The notes: generated by a model not told the origin, from the sequence alone. DNA of 64,000 nucleotides from an uncultured Solirubrobacterales bacterium (GCA_963813265.1 CAWEYQ010000005.1:21684-85683); one strand, 5' to 3'. Counted from the stretch's first letter, positions 38,275-49,079 are shown. Numbers and translations are program-made.

Positions 38275-38978
38275 GACTTGCCGGCAAGGCCGGAATCGTC
38301 GTCGGTGCGGGACAGACGCCCGGGAAGACCGTAGGGACCGGCCGCGCGGCGGCGCTTCTGTTCGCGCGCGAGGGTGCGAAGGTGATGCTCGCGGACCGCG
38401 ATCTCGCGTCGGCGCTCCAGACGGCCGCCATGATCGCCGAGGCAGGCGGCACCGCCGAGTGCGTTCGCGGCGACTGGACCAATGCAGCCGACTGCCACGC
38501 GATGGCCGCGGCGTGTCTGGAGGCATGGGGGCGGATCGACTTCCTCCAGAACAACGTCGGCATTGGGGCCGGCGACAGCGACCCGCTGAGGCTGACCGAG
38601 GAGGCGTTCGACCGGATCCTCACCGTCAACCTCAAGGGCTGCGTTTTCTCATGTCAGGCGGCGCTGCCGGCGATGCGAGATCAGGAGGGCGGCTCGATCG
38701 TGAACATCTCATCGATCGCCGCACTCGCCGCTGCGACTCGGCTGACCGCGTACAAGCTCTCGAAGGCTGCGCTCAATGCGCTCAGCCAATCGCTCGCGAT
38801 CGACAATGCCGCGCACGGCATCCGCGTCAACACGATCATGCCCGGCTTGCTCGACACACCGATGGCGGTCGACGCACGCGCCGCGCACACCGGAGTCCCG
38901 CGCGAGCAGGTCGTCGCGCAACGCGCGGCGGCAGTGCTCCCCGTCGACGGCGGCCAGCTCGCCCGCGTCGGCGGTTAG
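38271..38978 (+). pseudogene. SDR oxidoreductase with in-frame internal deletion near the C-terminus
   Basis: NNVGI, VNISS, YKLSK, IRVNTIMPG; jumps from QRAAA to VLPVDGG, lacking the usual G..WDVA..ALFLAS..ITG segment. Confidence 0.7.
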
Positions 38979-38982
38979 TCAC

Positions 38983-39386
38983 ATGATGTCCGTGGTACTC
39001 ATTCCCGGGTGAGTGGTGGGACAACGTCGGATCAGAGCAATCCCGGACGGCTGCGGCAGTCCGCGACGGCTACGGCGTCGATTGATCTGAGCACCTATTT
39101 CATGCACGACGTTCCCGAGCGCCTGGTCGATGAGATGCAGACGCGCGCCGCCTCTCAGCTGGATGAGAGCTTCGACGACGTATGCACGTTTGAGGCCTGG
39201 CCCCCGATCCCGATCTACGTTGTTGCGGGCCGCGAGGATCGGTTCTTCCCGGTGGAACTTCAGCAACGCGTGGCCCGCGACCGACTCGGCGTCGAGCCAA
39301 CGGTCGTGCCGGGCGGTCATCTTGCTGCGCTCAGCTATCCGGAGCAGCTGACCGACGTAATCGCGGGGTACTTGGGTTCCGCTTGA
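38983..39386 (+). pseudogene. Alpha/beta hydrolase with large internal deletion
   Basis: MMSVVLIPG joined near 39008 to GEWWDNVG; C-terminus GREDRFFP...PGGHLAALSYP intact; nucleophile region missing. Confidence 0.7.
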
Positions 39387-39415
39387 AGCGTTGGGCCGCT
39401 GATCACAACCGACGC

Positions 39416-39442
39416 TGTCACGTTTCGGACTCGCCTCCTGTC
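39416..39442 (+). promoter_or_regulatory. ECF41-type promoter
   Basis: TGTCACG-N16-TGTC upstream of VOC gene. Confidence 0.65.
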
Positions 39443-39478
39443 ATGGGAGTAGTGACCACGACCACTGGAGGAACAGCA

Positions 39479-39856
39479 ATGCTTGAGAAGGTCTTCTACA
39501 CGAGCGTGCTCGTCAGCGACCAGGACACCGCGCTCGACTTCTACACCAACGTTCTCGGCTTCGAAAAGCGCGTTGAGAACCCGACACCCGACGGGCCGCG
39601 GTTTCTGACCGTCGGCGTCGAAGGGGACGATTTCCAGCTCGTTCTCTGGCCCGGGACACCTGGGCACGCCGAGCCGGCGATGGGACATCCCCCACCCTCG
39701 GTCACGATCGAGACCGATGATTGCCGGAAGACGGTTGAGGAGCTGAAGTCGCGTGGGGTCGAGTTCGTCTCGGACGTGCTCGAGTTCCCCTGGGGCTATG
39801 TCGCGCAATTCGAGGACCCTGACGGCAACCGGCTGCAGGTACGACAGGGCCGCTAG
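39479..39856 (+). CDS. VOC/glyoxalase family protein
   Basis: VSDQDTALDFYTNVLGF, LKSRGVEF, PWGYVAQFEDPDGN; GGAGG RBS. Confidence 0.9.
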   Translation: MLEKVFYTSVLVSDQDTALDFYTNVLGFEKRVENPTPDGPRFLTVGVEGDDFQLVLWPGTPGHAEPAMGHPPPSVTIETDDCRKTVEELKSRGVEFVSDVLEFPWGYVAQFEDPDGNRLQVRQGR

Positions 39857-39982
39857 TCCCTCTGTCTAGCGGAAGACGGTGCGGCGCCTCGGTCGCGCCT
39901 GGTGCTGCGGTTGAGCACTCAGGTGTCGGCCGGCGCGCCGGCCGACACCGCACCTGCGTCGTGTTGCACAGCGCCAAAGCAG

Positions 39983-40138
39983 TCACCTCACGCTCCGCTC
40001 GCGCAGCAGCGCGCGGAGATCGGCCACCGGGCCCAGGTGCTGCAGCCTGTCTGGGTTGGCGATCGAGCTGACGCCCTGGATCTGGCCATCAGGGTCGAAC
40101 GCCGACCGGCGAAGCTCGTCGAACTGCTCCTCGGTCAT
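39983..40138 (-). pseudogene. Collapsed ECF41 (SigJ-like) sigma factor: 51-aa in-frame N/C-terminal fusion
   Basis: MTEEQFDELRRSAF joined to DPDGQIQGVSSIANPDRLQHLGPVADLRALL; sits right after the epimerase gene. Confidence 0.7.
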
Positions 40139-40142
40139 CGCC

Positions 40143-41105
40143 TTAGCCGAGTCCCTGCGCGAAGCCCAGCCGCCAACTCGGATACCGCGGCGTCCAGCCG
40201 AGCTCGCGCTTGGCCTTGGCGTTCGAGGCGCCCCGCGCCTCGGTCATCATGACCGTCGCTGCCTGACCGGCAGCCAGCCGCCCCAGCCAGCGTGGCACGC
40301 GCATCGGTGGCTTGGCATCCAGCGCGCTCGCCAGCACCGGCAGCCACTCCCGCACCGGCGCGGGCTCGTCGTCGACGATGTAGTAGATGCCCGGCTGGCC
40401 CCGTTCGACCGCGACGGCAGTCGCCGCGGCGGCGTCATCGATGTGGACGTGCGACCACACGCCGCCACCGTCCCCGACGATCGGGAACTGACGCTTGCGG
40501 ATCGGCGCCGCCATCACCGCATCCGGAGCGCGGCTGATCGAGGTCCCCGGACCGTAGAAGCCGCCATAGCGCAACGCGAGACCGTCGCCCCAATCGATCG
40601 TCGTCACTGCCTTCTCCAGGTAGAGGAGGCCCTCGACGACCGGCCGCAGCGCCGCCGGCGGGTTGGGATCGAGGGGATCGGCCTCGGTCTGCACCGGCCC
40701 GCCAGTGCGGGCCCATCGGAAGGCCCCAAAGCTCTGCGCCACGAAGCGTCGTGCCCCCACGGCGCGGCCCGCCGCCAGGAGATGGTCCGTCGCCTCGGTA
40801 CGGAGCCGATTGGTCATCATCGCCATCGACGACCGGTCGGGGTGCCGCGCGTCGCGAACGCTCATCTTCCCGGACAGGGCCGTGAGCTCGTGCACGATCA
40901 CCTCCGGCTCGGCAGACGCAACTGCCTGGGCGACCGCGTCGGGGTCGAGCGCGTCGGCCACGATCGGGCGCGCTCCCAGGCTGCGCACCAAGTCCTGCTT
41001 CGACGCGCTCCTCGTCATCCCGACCACCTCGTGGCCTCGCGTCACGAGCTGCGGGACGAGCGCTCTGCCGAGAACGCCTGTGGCGCCGGCAACGAAAACC
41101 TTCAT
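40143..41105 (-). CDS. NAD-dependent epimerase/dehydratase
   Basis: MKVFVAGATGVLG, LRYGGFYGPG, SHVHIDDAA, SNAKAKRELGW. Confidence 0.92.
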   Translation of the reverse strand: MKVFVAGATGVLGRALVPQLVTRGHEVVGMTRSASKQDLVRSLGARPIVADALDPDAVAQAVASAEPEVIVHELTALSGKMSVRDARHPDRSSMAMMTNRLRTEATDHLLAAGRAVGARRFVAQSFGAFRWARTGGPVQTEADPLDPNPPAALRPVVEGLLYLEKAVTTIDWGDGLALRYGGFYGPGTSISRAPDAVMAAPIRKRQFPIVGDGGGVWSHVHIDDAAAATAVAVERGQPGIYYIVDDEPAPVREWLPVLASALDAKPPMRVPRWLGRLAAGQAATVMMTEARGASNAKAKRELGWTPRYPSWRLGFAQGLG

Positions 41106-41137
41106 GACTGCTCCTCTCGTCGCATTAGCCTTCGTGA

Positions 41138-41164
41138 GACGAGATAGAGGCGCCGTCTGTGACA
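41138..41164 (-). promoter_or_regulatory. ECF41-type promoter
   Basis: TGTCACA-N16-CGTC on minus strand upstream of epimerase. Confidence 0.8.
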
Positions 41165-41178
41165 GTGCCCGGCCGCGA

Positions 41179-42116
41179 TCAGGTCGTCTCAGCGACGAGT
41201 CCAGAGGTGGCTGGTCGAGCGCTCTGGTGAGTAGCTTGGGATCGTGGGCCGACGCGTAGGACGAGCACGGCGGTGAGCACGAGTGCTCCTCCTGCGAGCT
41301 GGATCGGCGCGAGGTGCTCGGCCAGGACAGCGGCTGCGAGCACGACGGTGACCACGGGCTCGAAGGTCGAGAGGATCGACGCGCTCGTTGGTCCGACTCG
41401 ACTGAGTCCGGCGAAGAAGAGCGTGATCGCTCCGACGGTGGAGACGATGGCGATGCAGGCGAGCCAGCCCCACCCGGCGAGCGTGACCTGCTCCGGGGCG
41501 CAGCTGTCCGGTGAGGGCCGATCCGACGGTGAGCGAGACCGCGGCGCCAGTGCAGACAAGTGTGGCGAGCATGAGCGCCGGCACGCGGCGCGCGACGCCG
41601 TCGCTGATGAGGATGTACGCGCTGTACGTGAACGCCGCCCCGAGCCCCGAGCGCGACGCTGACACCGTTGACGTTCGAGGCGCCCGCTGTGCCGAGGATG
41701 AGCACCAGCCCTGTCGATACGAGACCGAGTGCGAGCACGCGGCGGCGGTCGAGGCGCTCGCGCCCGAGCGCCACTGCGGCAACGGTGACGATCGCCGGGA
41801 ACGTGTACAGGACGAGCGACAGCAGCGATGCGTCGAGATGCTCGAGCGCGACGAAATAGCACCCCGCCTGGAGCGCGTACCCGCACGCGCCGAGCCCCAG
41901 AGCGATCGTCAGATCACGTGGCGCGACCGCGCGCATCTGTGACAGCGATCCCTTCATCAGCATCAGGCACCAGAGAGCGACGGCGGCGATGGCAAATCGC
42001 GCGGCCAGCAGTGTGCCCGCGGTCGCGCCGTCGTCGAAGGCGAGCTTGCCGAAGATCCCCATCGCTCCGAACGCCGCGGCGGATAGGAGACAGACAACTG
42101 CACCACGCGAGAACAC
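41179..42116 (-). CDS. EamA/DMT transporter (frameshifts near 41645 and 41495)
   Basis: AAFGAMGIFGK, ARFAIA, LYTFPAIV, VGPTSASILSTFEPV. Confidence 0.8.
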
Positions 42117-42191
42117 GGACAGGATGTTGGCGGTGCAAACGATCAGAAGCAATTGCGATTCCTAACGCTTATTCGGTAGCGTTGCTACCTG

Positions 42192-43139
42192 ATGCTCGAC
42201 CTCCGTCGGCTCCGGCTGCTCGACGAGCTCCACGCCCGCGGCACGATCGCCGCGGTCGCTGACGCGTTGCAGTACACGCCCTCGGCGGTCTCCCAGCAGC
42301 TCGCGATGCTCGAACGCGAGACCGGCGTCACGCTTCTCGAACGAGCCGGACGCGGCGTGCGCCTGACAGACCCCGCGCTCCTGCTCGTCGAGCACGCGAG
42401 TCGGCTCCTCGACGCGGCGGCGCGCGCGGAGGCCGAGCTCGCCGACGCCGTCGGATCGGTGACAGGTCGCGGCCGGATCGCCAGCTTTCAGTCGGGAGCG
42501 CTGCGGATCGCCATCCCTGCGATCGCACGTCTCGCCATCGACGCCCCGCAGCTGCGCTGCGAGCTCGTCGCTGCCGAGCCAGAGGAGGCGCTGCCGGCGC
42601 TCGCGCTCGGTGACATCGATCTGGTGATCGGCGACGAATGGCAGCACGCTCCCTGGCGGGTGCCACATGGGCTCGATCGCCACGAACTGCTGATCGACCC
42701 CGTTCTACTCGCGCTGCCCGCCGATCACCCGGCCGCGCGGCGGCGCGGTCGCGCGGTCGGCCTGGCCGAGCTCGCCGACGCAACGTGGATCAGCGGGCCG
42801 CGCGGCCTCGGTTGGAACGACATCACCGAGCGGCTCTGCCTCGAAGCCGGGTTCGCCCCGTCAATCCGCCACCGCGCGAACGACGCAGTCGTCGCGGCGG
42901 CCCTGGTCGCAAGCGGCAGCGGCGCCGCGCTGCTGCCGCGGCTCGCACTTCCCGACGGCGACCCGCGCATCGCCGTGCGCCGCGTCGCGGGAACACGCCC
43001 CGCGCGCGCGATCTACGCGGTGACGCGCACCGCCGACGCGAAACGCCCGTCCACGCGAGCCCTCCTGGGCGCCGTTCGCGAGGCGGCGGTCGAAGCGAAG
43101 CGGCGCTCGTCCGCGGATCACAGAACCGCTCGGGAGTGA
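42192..43139 (+). CDS. LysR family regulator
   Basis: LDLRRLRLL..GTIAAVADALQYTPSAVSQQL; divergent from EamA gene. Confidence 0.93.
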   Translation: MLDLRRLRLLDELHARGTIAAVADALQYTPSAVSQQLAMLERETGVTLLERAGRGVRLTDPALLLVEHASRLLDAAARAEAELADAVGSVTGRGRIASFQSGALRIAIPAIARLAIDAPQLRCELVAAEPEEALPALALGDIDLVIGDEWQHAPWRVPHGLDRHELLIDPVLLALPADHPAARRRGRAVGLAELADATWISGPRGLGWNDITERLCLEAGFAPSIRHRANDAVVAAALVASGSGAALLPRLALPDGDPRIAVRRVAGTRPARAIYAVTRTADAKRPSTRALLGAVREAAVEAKRRSSADHRTARE

Positions 43140-43153
43140 CCATCGGCCTCGCG

Positions 43154-44026
43154 CTACTTCTCCTCTGAGCGGCGGGGGACGATCACGACCGCACACCCGG
43201 CGTCGGCCACCAGCGTCTCGCCGACGCCGCCGGTCACCATCCGGGCGAGCAGGCCCCATCGGCGAGATCCGACGACGATCAGGTCCACGTGGTCGGACAG
43301 GCTCCGGAGCTCATGGCCTGGATCGCCGAGTACGCTCTCAAGCTCGGTGGGTACATCGAGTTCGGCCGCCTGCTGCTCGAGCTCACTTTGGGCCTGGGAG
43401 CGCTCGGACTCCAATCCGGCTTCGTACTCGGGAAGCGCCGTCGGCGCTAGTCCGGTGAGGATCGGGTAGTTGTCGTCGATCACGCGCCTGATCACGAGCG
43501 TCCCGCTTGCCGCGCGGCACAACTTGATCGCGACGTCCCGCGCGACCTCGGCTTCGGGGCCGCCATCGTCGCCGAGTCCGACGCGACCCATCGCAAACGT
43601 GCGACTACGCGAGCCGCGCGGCGCGAGCGCGAGTGCGAACGGCATGTCGTGAAGCAGCTGTCGTCCGCGTCTGCCGATGCGGGCACGCCCAGCGGGCGCA
43701 TCGCGCGAGGACCCGATAACCACCATGTCCACGTGCGTCTCCTGTGCGAAGTGCATGAGTGCCCGGGACACCGACAAGTCCGCGACCGAGTGAATGTTCG
43801 CGCTCGGCGCCAGCTCGTCGCGGTCGCGCTGCAGGCTCTCGTCTGCCTGCTTGCGCAGGGTAGCGCGGTCGTCCGTCCCGGCCGTCGGAAAGAGGGTCGT
43901 CGGAAACACGTTCACAAGTGACAGCCCAGCGCCCGTCAGGGAGGCCAGCCCGGCGGCGAGCGCGACCGCGTCCTTGCCCTCGTCAGAGCCGTCGGCGCCG
44001 GCGGCTATGTGGGTGAGTCGCATCAT
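43154..44026 (-). CDS. Universal stress protein (tandem USP domains)
   Basis: AGADGS, DMVVIGSS, DLIVVGSRRWG, GCAVVIVP. Confidence 0.88.
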   Translation of the reverse strand: MMRLTHIAAGADGSDEGKDAVALAAGLASLTGAGLSLVNVFPTTLFPTAGTDDRATLRKQADESLQRDRDELAPSANIHSVADLSVSRALMHFAQETHVDMVVIGSSRDAPAGRARIGRRGRQLLHDMPFALALAPRGSRSRTFAMGRVGLGDDGGPEAEVARDVAIKLCRAASGTLVIRRVIDDNYPILTGLAPTALPEYEAGLESERSQAQSELEQQAAELDVPTELESVLGDPGHELRSLSDHVDLIVVGSRRWGLLARMVTGGVGETLVADAGCAVVIVPRRSEEK

Positions 44027-44102
44027 GTCCAGGGACACTAACTGGTGGCTGCGATCGCGATCGGCGAGCCGCATGGCGCGCCAGACGGTAGGTTCACGCG
44101 GG

Positions 44103-44828
44103 ATGACGACGTTCGCGCTCGTCCATGGCGCGTGGCACGGTGCCTGGTGCTGGGACCGGCTCGCACCCGAGTTGGCGGCTGCCGGCTCCCGGGTCGTGGC
44201 TGTCGATCTTCCCTGCGAGGACCTCGGCGCCGGCTGTCGCGAGTACGCCGAGATCGTCCTCGGGAGCCTGGCGGACACATCCGATGACGATGTGGTCCTG
44301 GTCGCGCATTCCGCCGGCGGGCTGACGGTCCCGTTGGTCGCGGCCGCGAGGCCGGTGAGCGCAATGGTCTTTGTCGCGGCGCTGTTGCCGCAGCCGGGGC
44401 GGAGCTTCTCGGATCAGAACGCGCAGGAGCGGGTTCTGCTCGGCGAGTACCAAGCGGGGGTGGAGCTCGACGGCGAGGGCCGTCGACGGTGGTGTGACGC
44501 GGACATTGCCCGCCGCACCATGTACTCAGGCTGCACGGATGCTGATGCCGCCTGGGCGTTCGCCAGGCTGCGAGCCCAGGCCTCGACCATGTACGCCGAG
44601 CCGAGCTCCCTGGCGGCGTGGCCGGATGTTCCGGTGATCGACGTCCGAGGCGGGGACGACCAGCTCGTCTCGCCGGCGTGGGCGGCCCGGACTGTCCCGG
44701 CTCGCCTGGGCGTCGAGTCGATCGTGCTGCCCGATGCCGGGCACACGCTGATCGTCTCCCACGCGTCGCAGCTCGCGGACATCCTGCTCGGCCGACACGC
44801 CGAGTGTCCCGGCGCGTTCAGTTCGTGA
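44103..44828 (+). CDS. Alpha/beta hydrolase (methylesterase-like)
   Basis: FALVHGAWHGAWCW, VAHSAGG, DAGH. Confidence 0.9.
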   Translation: MTTFALVHGAWHGAWCWDRLAPELAAAGSRVVAVDLPCEDLGAGCREYAEIVLGSLADTSDDDVVLVAHSAGGLTVPLVAAARPVSAMVFVAALLPQPGRSFSDQNAQERVLLGEYQAGVELDGEGRRRWCDADIARRTMYSGCTDADAAWAFARLRAQASTMYAEPSSLAAWPDVPVIDVRGGDDQLVSPAWAARTVPARLGVESIVLPDAGHTLIVSHASQLADILLGRHAECPGAFSS

Positions 44829-45993
44829 CGGCCGCCCGGTAAGGGCGGAAGAACGTGCGCAGCTCCTCTGCGTACAGCTCAGGCTCCTCGAATGGCGCGA
44901 AATGCCCGCCGCGCACGGGCTCGGTGACGCGCACGACGTTCGCCGTGCGTTGGAGCCACGCTCTCGGCGGGCGGACGATATCGCCGGGGAAGAGCGAGAA
45001 GCCGGATGGCACGTCGACCCGGCGGGCGAGCTGCGCCGGCGGAATCGCGGCGTTCGCGTGGTACATGCGCATCGAGGAGCCGATCGTTTCGGTGAGCCAG
45101 TAGAGCGTGACGTTCGTGAGGATCTCGTCCTTCGTGTAGCTCCGCTCGACGTCCCCGTCGCAGTCGCTCCATGCCCGGAGCTTCTCGACGATCCAGGCCG
45201 CGAGTCCGGCCGGCGAATCGGTGAGGCCGACGGCCGCGGTCTGGGGCTTCGTGCGGTGCATCGCGGCGTAGGCGCCCTCAGTCGCGCCCCACGCCACGCC
45301 GGCGTCGATCCAGGCACGCTCCTCGGGCGCGAGCTCTGCCGGGTCGCCGGCGAAGACGGGCACGCCCGCGTCGGTGCGGTGAACCGCCACGACCCGCTCG
45401 GGGTGGTCGAGCGCGAGGTAGCGACTCACGTGGCTGCCGATGTCCCCGCCCGCCGCGCCGAAGCGCGCGTAGCCGAGCACGCCCATCAGCTGCGCCCACA
45501 AGCCGGCGACGGCGATCGAGTCCAACGGCGAGCCGGTGGGGCGGTCGGAGTACCCGTAGCCCGGCATGTCCGGCACCACCACGTCGAACGCGTCGGCTGG
45601 GTCGGCGCCGTGCGCACCCGGGTCGGTCAGGAGTGCGATCACCTTCAGGTAGCGCCAGAACGAGTCCGGCCAGCCGTGGCTGAGCACCAGTGGCATGACG
45701 GGGCCGGTCGGTGCGGTCGCCCGGGCGTGAACGAAGTGGATCCCGAGACCGTCAAGCGCAACGCGGAAGCGCGGGAACCGTGCGAGCGCTGCCTCCTGCT
45801 CCGGCCAGTCGAACTCGTCCGCCCAGTAGGCGACGAGCTCGCGGAGGTAGTCACGGTCGGTCCCGAGCGACCAGGCGGCGTCCTCGGGCGTGTCCGGCCA
45901 GCGGGTCGCCCGCAGCCGCCTCCGGAGGTCCTCGAGCGCCGCGGGCGCCGCCTTCGGGGCGAACGGCTCGGGGCGGCCCGTGGGGTCGAGCAT
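44818..45993 (-). CDS. Epoxide hydrolase
   Basis: RLRATRWP, HGWPDSF, GGDIG, DSPAGLAAWIVEK, GGHFAPFEEP. Confidence 0.93.
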   Translation of the reverse strand: MLDPTGRPEPFAPKAAPAALEDLRRRLRATRWPDTPEDAAWSLGTDRDYLRELVAYWADEFDWPEQEAALARFPRFRVALDGLGIHFVHARATAPTGPVMPLVLSHGWPDSFWRYLKVIALLTDPGAHGADPADAFDVVVPDMPGYGYSDRPTGSPLDSIAVAGLWAQLMGVLGYARFGAAGGDIGSHVSRYLALDHPERVVAVHRTDAGVPVFAGDPAELAPEERAWIDAGVAWGATEGAYAAMHRTKPQTAAVGLTDSPAGLAAWIVEKLRAWSDCDGDVERSYTKDEILTNVTLYWLTETIGSSMRMYHANAAIPPAQLARRVDVPSGFSLFPGDIVRPPRAWLQRTANVVRVTEPVRGGHFAPFEEPELYAEELRTFFRPYRAAVTN

Positions 45994-46122
45994 GAGACGC
46001 AGCCTACCCGCCGCGCCCCGCTACTCCCGGGCGCGCTGATCGTCCGGTTCGCCTCACCGCTCGAACGCGGGCTTGGGTGGGCGTGCGTCCTCCGCGCGAC
46101 CCTGAGGCGTTTCCGCAGTCCT

Positions 46123-46935
46123 CTATGCCGACCGAACGCGGTCAGGTCCAGCAGCGTGTACGGGGTCTGCGTGCCTTCCGTCGCTCGCTCTGGTCGCGTC
46201 AATATCGAGCCGGATGTACGTCACCTCGGCGTTGGATCCGAGCTTCCTCTCGACCTCGTCGAGGTAGCGCTCGCGCAGGCCGTCGGGCAGCCGGAGAAGG
46301 TGGGCGCTGAGAGCGTTGGTCTGTAGCCACTTGCGCAGATCGTCGTACGGTGCCGGTCGCTGCACCAGCTCGGTCCGGACGTCGAAGAAGCCCGCTGCGC
46401 ATAGCCGGTTGGCAGTCTCCCGTGGACCGGCGAAGTTCCACGGTGACCAACCGTGTAGATAGGCGGTGAACGGCTCCTGAGTGGCGACGGCGAGCGTCGC
46501 GGCGAGCAGTTCGGGGGTGTTGCCGGCGCCGCCGCATTGGGCGACGAGTCGGCCTCCGGGCCGCAGGAGGGTGTGCAGGCGGGCGAACAGCGCGTCGTGG
46601 TCGGCGAGCCAGTGAAAGACCGCGGTCGAGAACACCGCGTCGACCTGCCGCCCGGCGAGATCGAGTGTGGTGAGGTCGCTGAGGATCAGTTCGGCGCTCT
46701 CGCCAAGTCGCCGGCGGGCTGCGGCGATCATTCCCGCCGCGCCGTCGACGGCGATCACGTGGCCGCGTGGCAGGCGCTTGAGGAGTGCCTGTGTCACGCG
46801 GCCCGAGCCGCAGCCGGCGTCGAGCACGGTCTCGTCGCCGCGCAGGACCAGGCGATTGAGCACCGTGAGTCCGTTGCGCTCCAGCGGTGCCGAGATGCGG
46901 TCGTAGGTGGCTCCGTCCCAGTCGTGCATGACCAT
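46123..46935 (-). CDS. Class I SAM methyltransferase (trans-aconitate methyltransferase-like)
   Basis: VLDAGCGSG, VFSTAVFHW, LRPGGRL. Confidence 0.87.
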   Translation of the reverse strand: MVMHDWDGATYDRISAPLERNGLTVLNRLVLRGDETVLDAGCGSGRVTQALLKRLPRGHVIAVDGAAGMIAAARRRLGESAELILSDLTTLDLAGRQVDAVFSTAVFHWLADHDALFARLHTLLRPGGRLVAQCGGAGNTPELLAATLAVATQEPFTAYLHGWSPWNFAGPRETANRLCAAGFFDVRTELVQRPAPYDDLRKWLQTNALSAHLLRLPDGLRERYLDEVERKLGSNAEVTYIRLDIDATRASDGRHADPVHAAGPDRVRSA

Positions 46936-47118
46936 GTGCGTACGTTATCACAGACGAATGTCCGTTATGACAGGCACGAGTCAGGCGGGGTAGCGACCCC
47001 TTTGCGAGTGTCTGCGCCCAGCGGGAGGCCATGGCGGAGCCGGTAGCGATGCGGTCACCCGGCCGCTAGGCTCGCCGGGAGCCCCGCGCCCGACGCCCGA
47101 CGCTGAGAGGAGGACAGG

Positions 47119-47928
47119 ATGGACGATGTCGTGCTGTGTGAGGTGGGCGACGACGGGGTTGCGCTGCTGACGCTCAACCGCCCCGATCGCCTGAACGCCT
47201 GGACGTACGGAATGCAGGTCGCGCTGTTCGACTTGCTCGAGACGTGCGCCGAGGACGAGCGCGTGCGGGTGATCGTGATCACCGGTGCGGGCCGCGGGTT
47301 CTGCCCGGGCGCCGACATGAGCGACCTGAGCGCCCTCTCGGGTGATGGAGGTGCGGTCGATGCGAGAGCCAGTCGCCCGGACACGAGACCGATCACGTTC
47401 GCGATGTCGATTCCGAAGCCAGTGATCGCGGCGATCAACGGCGCCTGTGCAGGCCTCGGCCTGGCCTTCGCGCTGACGTGCGACGTGCGCTTCTGCGCGG
47501 AGAACGCGAAGCTGACCACCGCGTTCTCGCGGCGGGGGTTGATCGCCGAGCACGGTACGTCGTGGATCCTGCCGCGACTCGTCGGTCCCGCGCGCGCGCT
47601 CGATCTGCTGATGTCCGCACGCGTGTTCCGTGGCTCGGAAGCCGTCGAGCTCGGGCTCGTCAACCGCGCCGTCGAGGACGCGCGTGTCCTCGATGTCGCG
47701 CTCGAGTACGCGCGCGACGTCGCCGCGAACGTCTCTCCGGCGAGCATGGCAACGATCAAGCGGCAGGTGTACGAGGCGCTGGCCAGACCGCTCGGCGATG
47801 CCTTGCAGGACGCGAACGGATTGATGCTCGAGTCGTTCGCGAAACCAGATTTCGCGGAGGGCGTCCAGAGTTTTGTCGAGAAGCGGCCGCCGGCCTTCCC
47901 GCCGCTTGCGCCGACGGTGAGCGCGTAG
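47119..47928 (+). CDS. Enoyl-CoA hydratase/isomerase family protein
   Basis: LTLNRPDRLNA, FCPGAD, KPVIAAINGACAG, DFAEGV. Confidence 0.92.
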   Translation: MDDVVLCEVGDDGVALLTLNRPDRLNAWTYGMQVALFDLLETCAEDERVRVIVITGAGRGFCPGADMSDLSALSGDGGAVDARASRPDTRPITFAMSIPKPVIAAINGACAGLGLAFALTCDVRFCAENAKLTTAFSRRGLIAEHGTSWILPRLVGPARALDLLMSARVFRGSEAVELGLVNRAVEDARVLDVALEYARDVAANVSPASMATIKRQVYEALARPLGDALQDANGLMLESFAKPDFAEGVQSFVEKRPPAFPPLAPTVSA

Positions 47929-47961
47929 ACGCTTCGATCGGACGCGCGGTGACGGGCCCGG

Positions 47962-48471
47962 TCAGGTTGCTGAAGTCCGTTCGGCGAGCGCCGCCAGATT
48001 GAGCAGCTGCCGTCGCGCCATGATCAGGTCGCCAACCGAGAGCAGCGGGGCGATCACCCGCCGGCCTTGGGTCACGACCTTCAGCAAGATCCGCGTCTGC
48101 CGGCCGTCATCCGCCGGGACGAGCACATACGACATCACCGCACCCATGATGGTTCCGGTGAGGTGCTTGCCCTCCTCGACCGCGACGATGCGGCCGAAGC
48201 GGCGCCCTCCAAACGCAGCAGTGAACGGTTCGCCGACGACAGGCTCGGGCAGGCCGCGCAGATCCTGGGGCGAGCGACGCCCAAGGTTGTCGATCCAGTC
48301 ATACGAGTACGGCGCCAGGCGGATCTGCGCCACCCACGGCCACACGTACTCGCGTCTGGCGCGCACCGTCACGCCTCGCCACGCCTGGAGGACCGGCTCG
48401 GGCACGAGATCGTCGCAGGGATACCGGCGCGTGGTTTCCGTCTGCGTCACGCCCCACCGATCGCCGATCAC
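47962..48471 (-). CDS. Conserved actinobacterial hypothetical protein (SRPBCC-like)
   Basis: RWGVT..E...YPCD, VWPWVAQIR, YSYDWIDN, GDLIMARRQL. Confidence 0.65.
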   Translation of the reverse strand: MIGDRWGVTQTETTRRYPCDDLVPEPVLQAWRGVTVRARREYVWPWVAQIRLAPYSYDWIDNLGRRSPQDLRGLPEPVVGEPFTAAFGGRRFGRIVAVEEGKHLTGTIMGAVMSYVLVPADDGRQTRILLKVVTQGRRVIAPLLSVGDLIMARRQLLNLAALAERTSAT

Positions 48472-48913
48472 TCGCGGACACCTTGCCGTTCGACGCTGTC
48501 CGAGAGCTCGGCGACGGCGATCGCGCGGTTCATCGTGACGACCGGCGAGCCGGTGATGCGCTCGCGGCGCTCGTAGAGGAACGCAATCTGCTCCCAGTCA
48601 CGAGGATGCTGGAGGTGGAGGTCGGCGATCGCGGCCTGGATGACGTACGGCCCCTGCCGTGGAGGGCGAGCGCGTGCGAGCAGCTGCCGGCCTGCGTCGA
48701 TCTGGTCCTGGTCCCAGAGCGCAAGCAGGGCGTGCGCTTCGGCCTCGTCCGGCATGAGCTCGACAACCGAACGGCCGAGGCGGGATCAGGTCGATGACGG
48801 CCAGCACGGCATCGAGCCGCTCGGGCAGCAGGTGGTCGGGCGGGACGGCAAACGGTATGCCGGCGTTCCCCGGCCGTCTCCGCCTGGGAGTAGTTCAGCA
48901 GTGGGTACTTCAT
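48468..48913 (-). pseudogene. Remnant YciI plus ECF sigma (DUF6596/TPR-extended) pair with several deletions
   Basis: MKYPLL start; ERLDAVLAVIDLI; MPDEAEAHALLAL; GPYVIQAAIA; DWEQIAFLY; SPVVTMNRAIAVAE. Confidence 0.65.
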
Positions 48914-49079
48914 CTGCGCTCCCTTCTCGGGCTGCCGGCTTCTCTCTCTTCCACGAACGGCGGTCGTCCAGACGGACATCTCGGCGGTTCTCCACTGTCG
49001 TGTCCGTCCGCGCCTCGGCTGTTCGTCATCAGATCACAGGGCCGGCATCCGCGCCGGTCGCGACCGAAAGGGTGCAGAG

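Noticed and set aside
46946-46972. Fifth ECF41 promoter (TGTCATA on minus strand)
   Set aside because: No (C/T)GTC at 16-nt spacing; more like an imperfect palindromic operator
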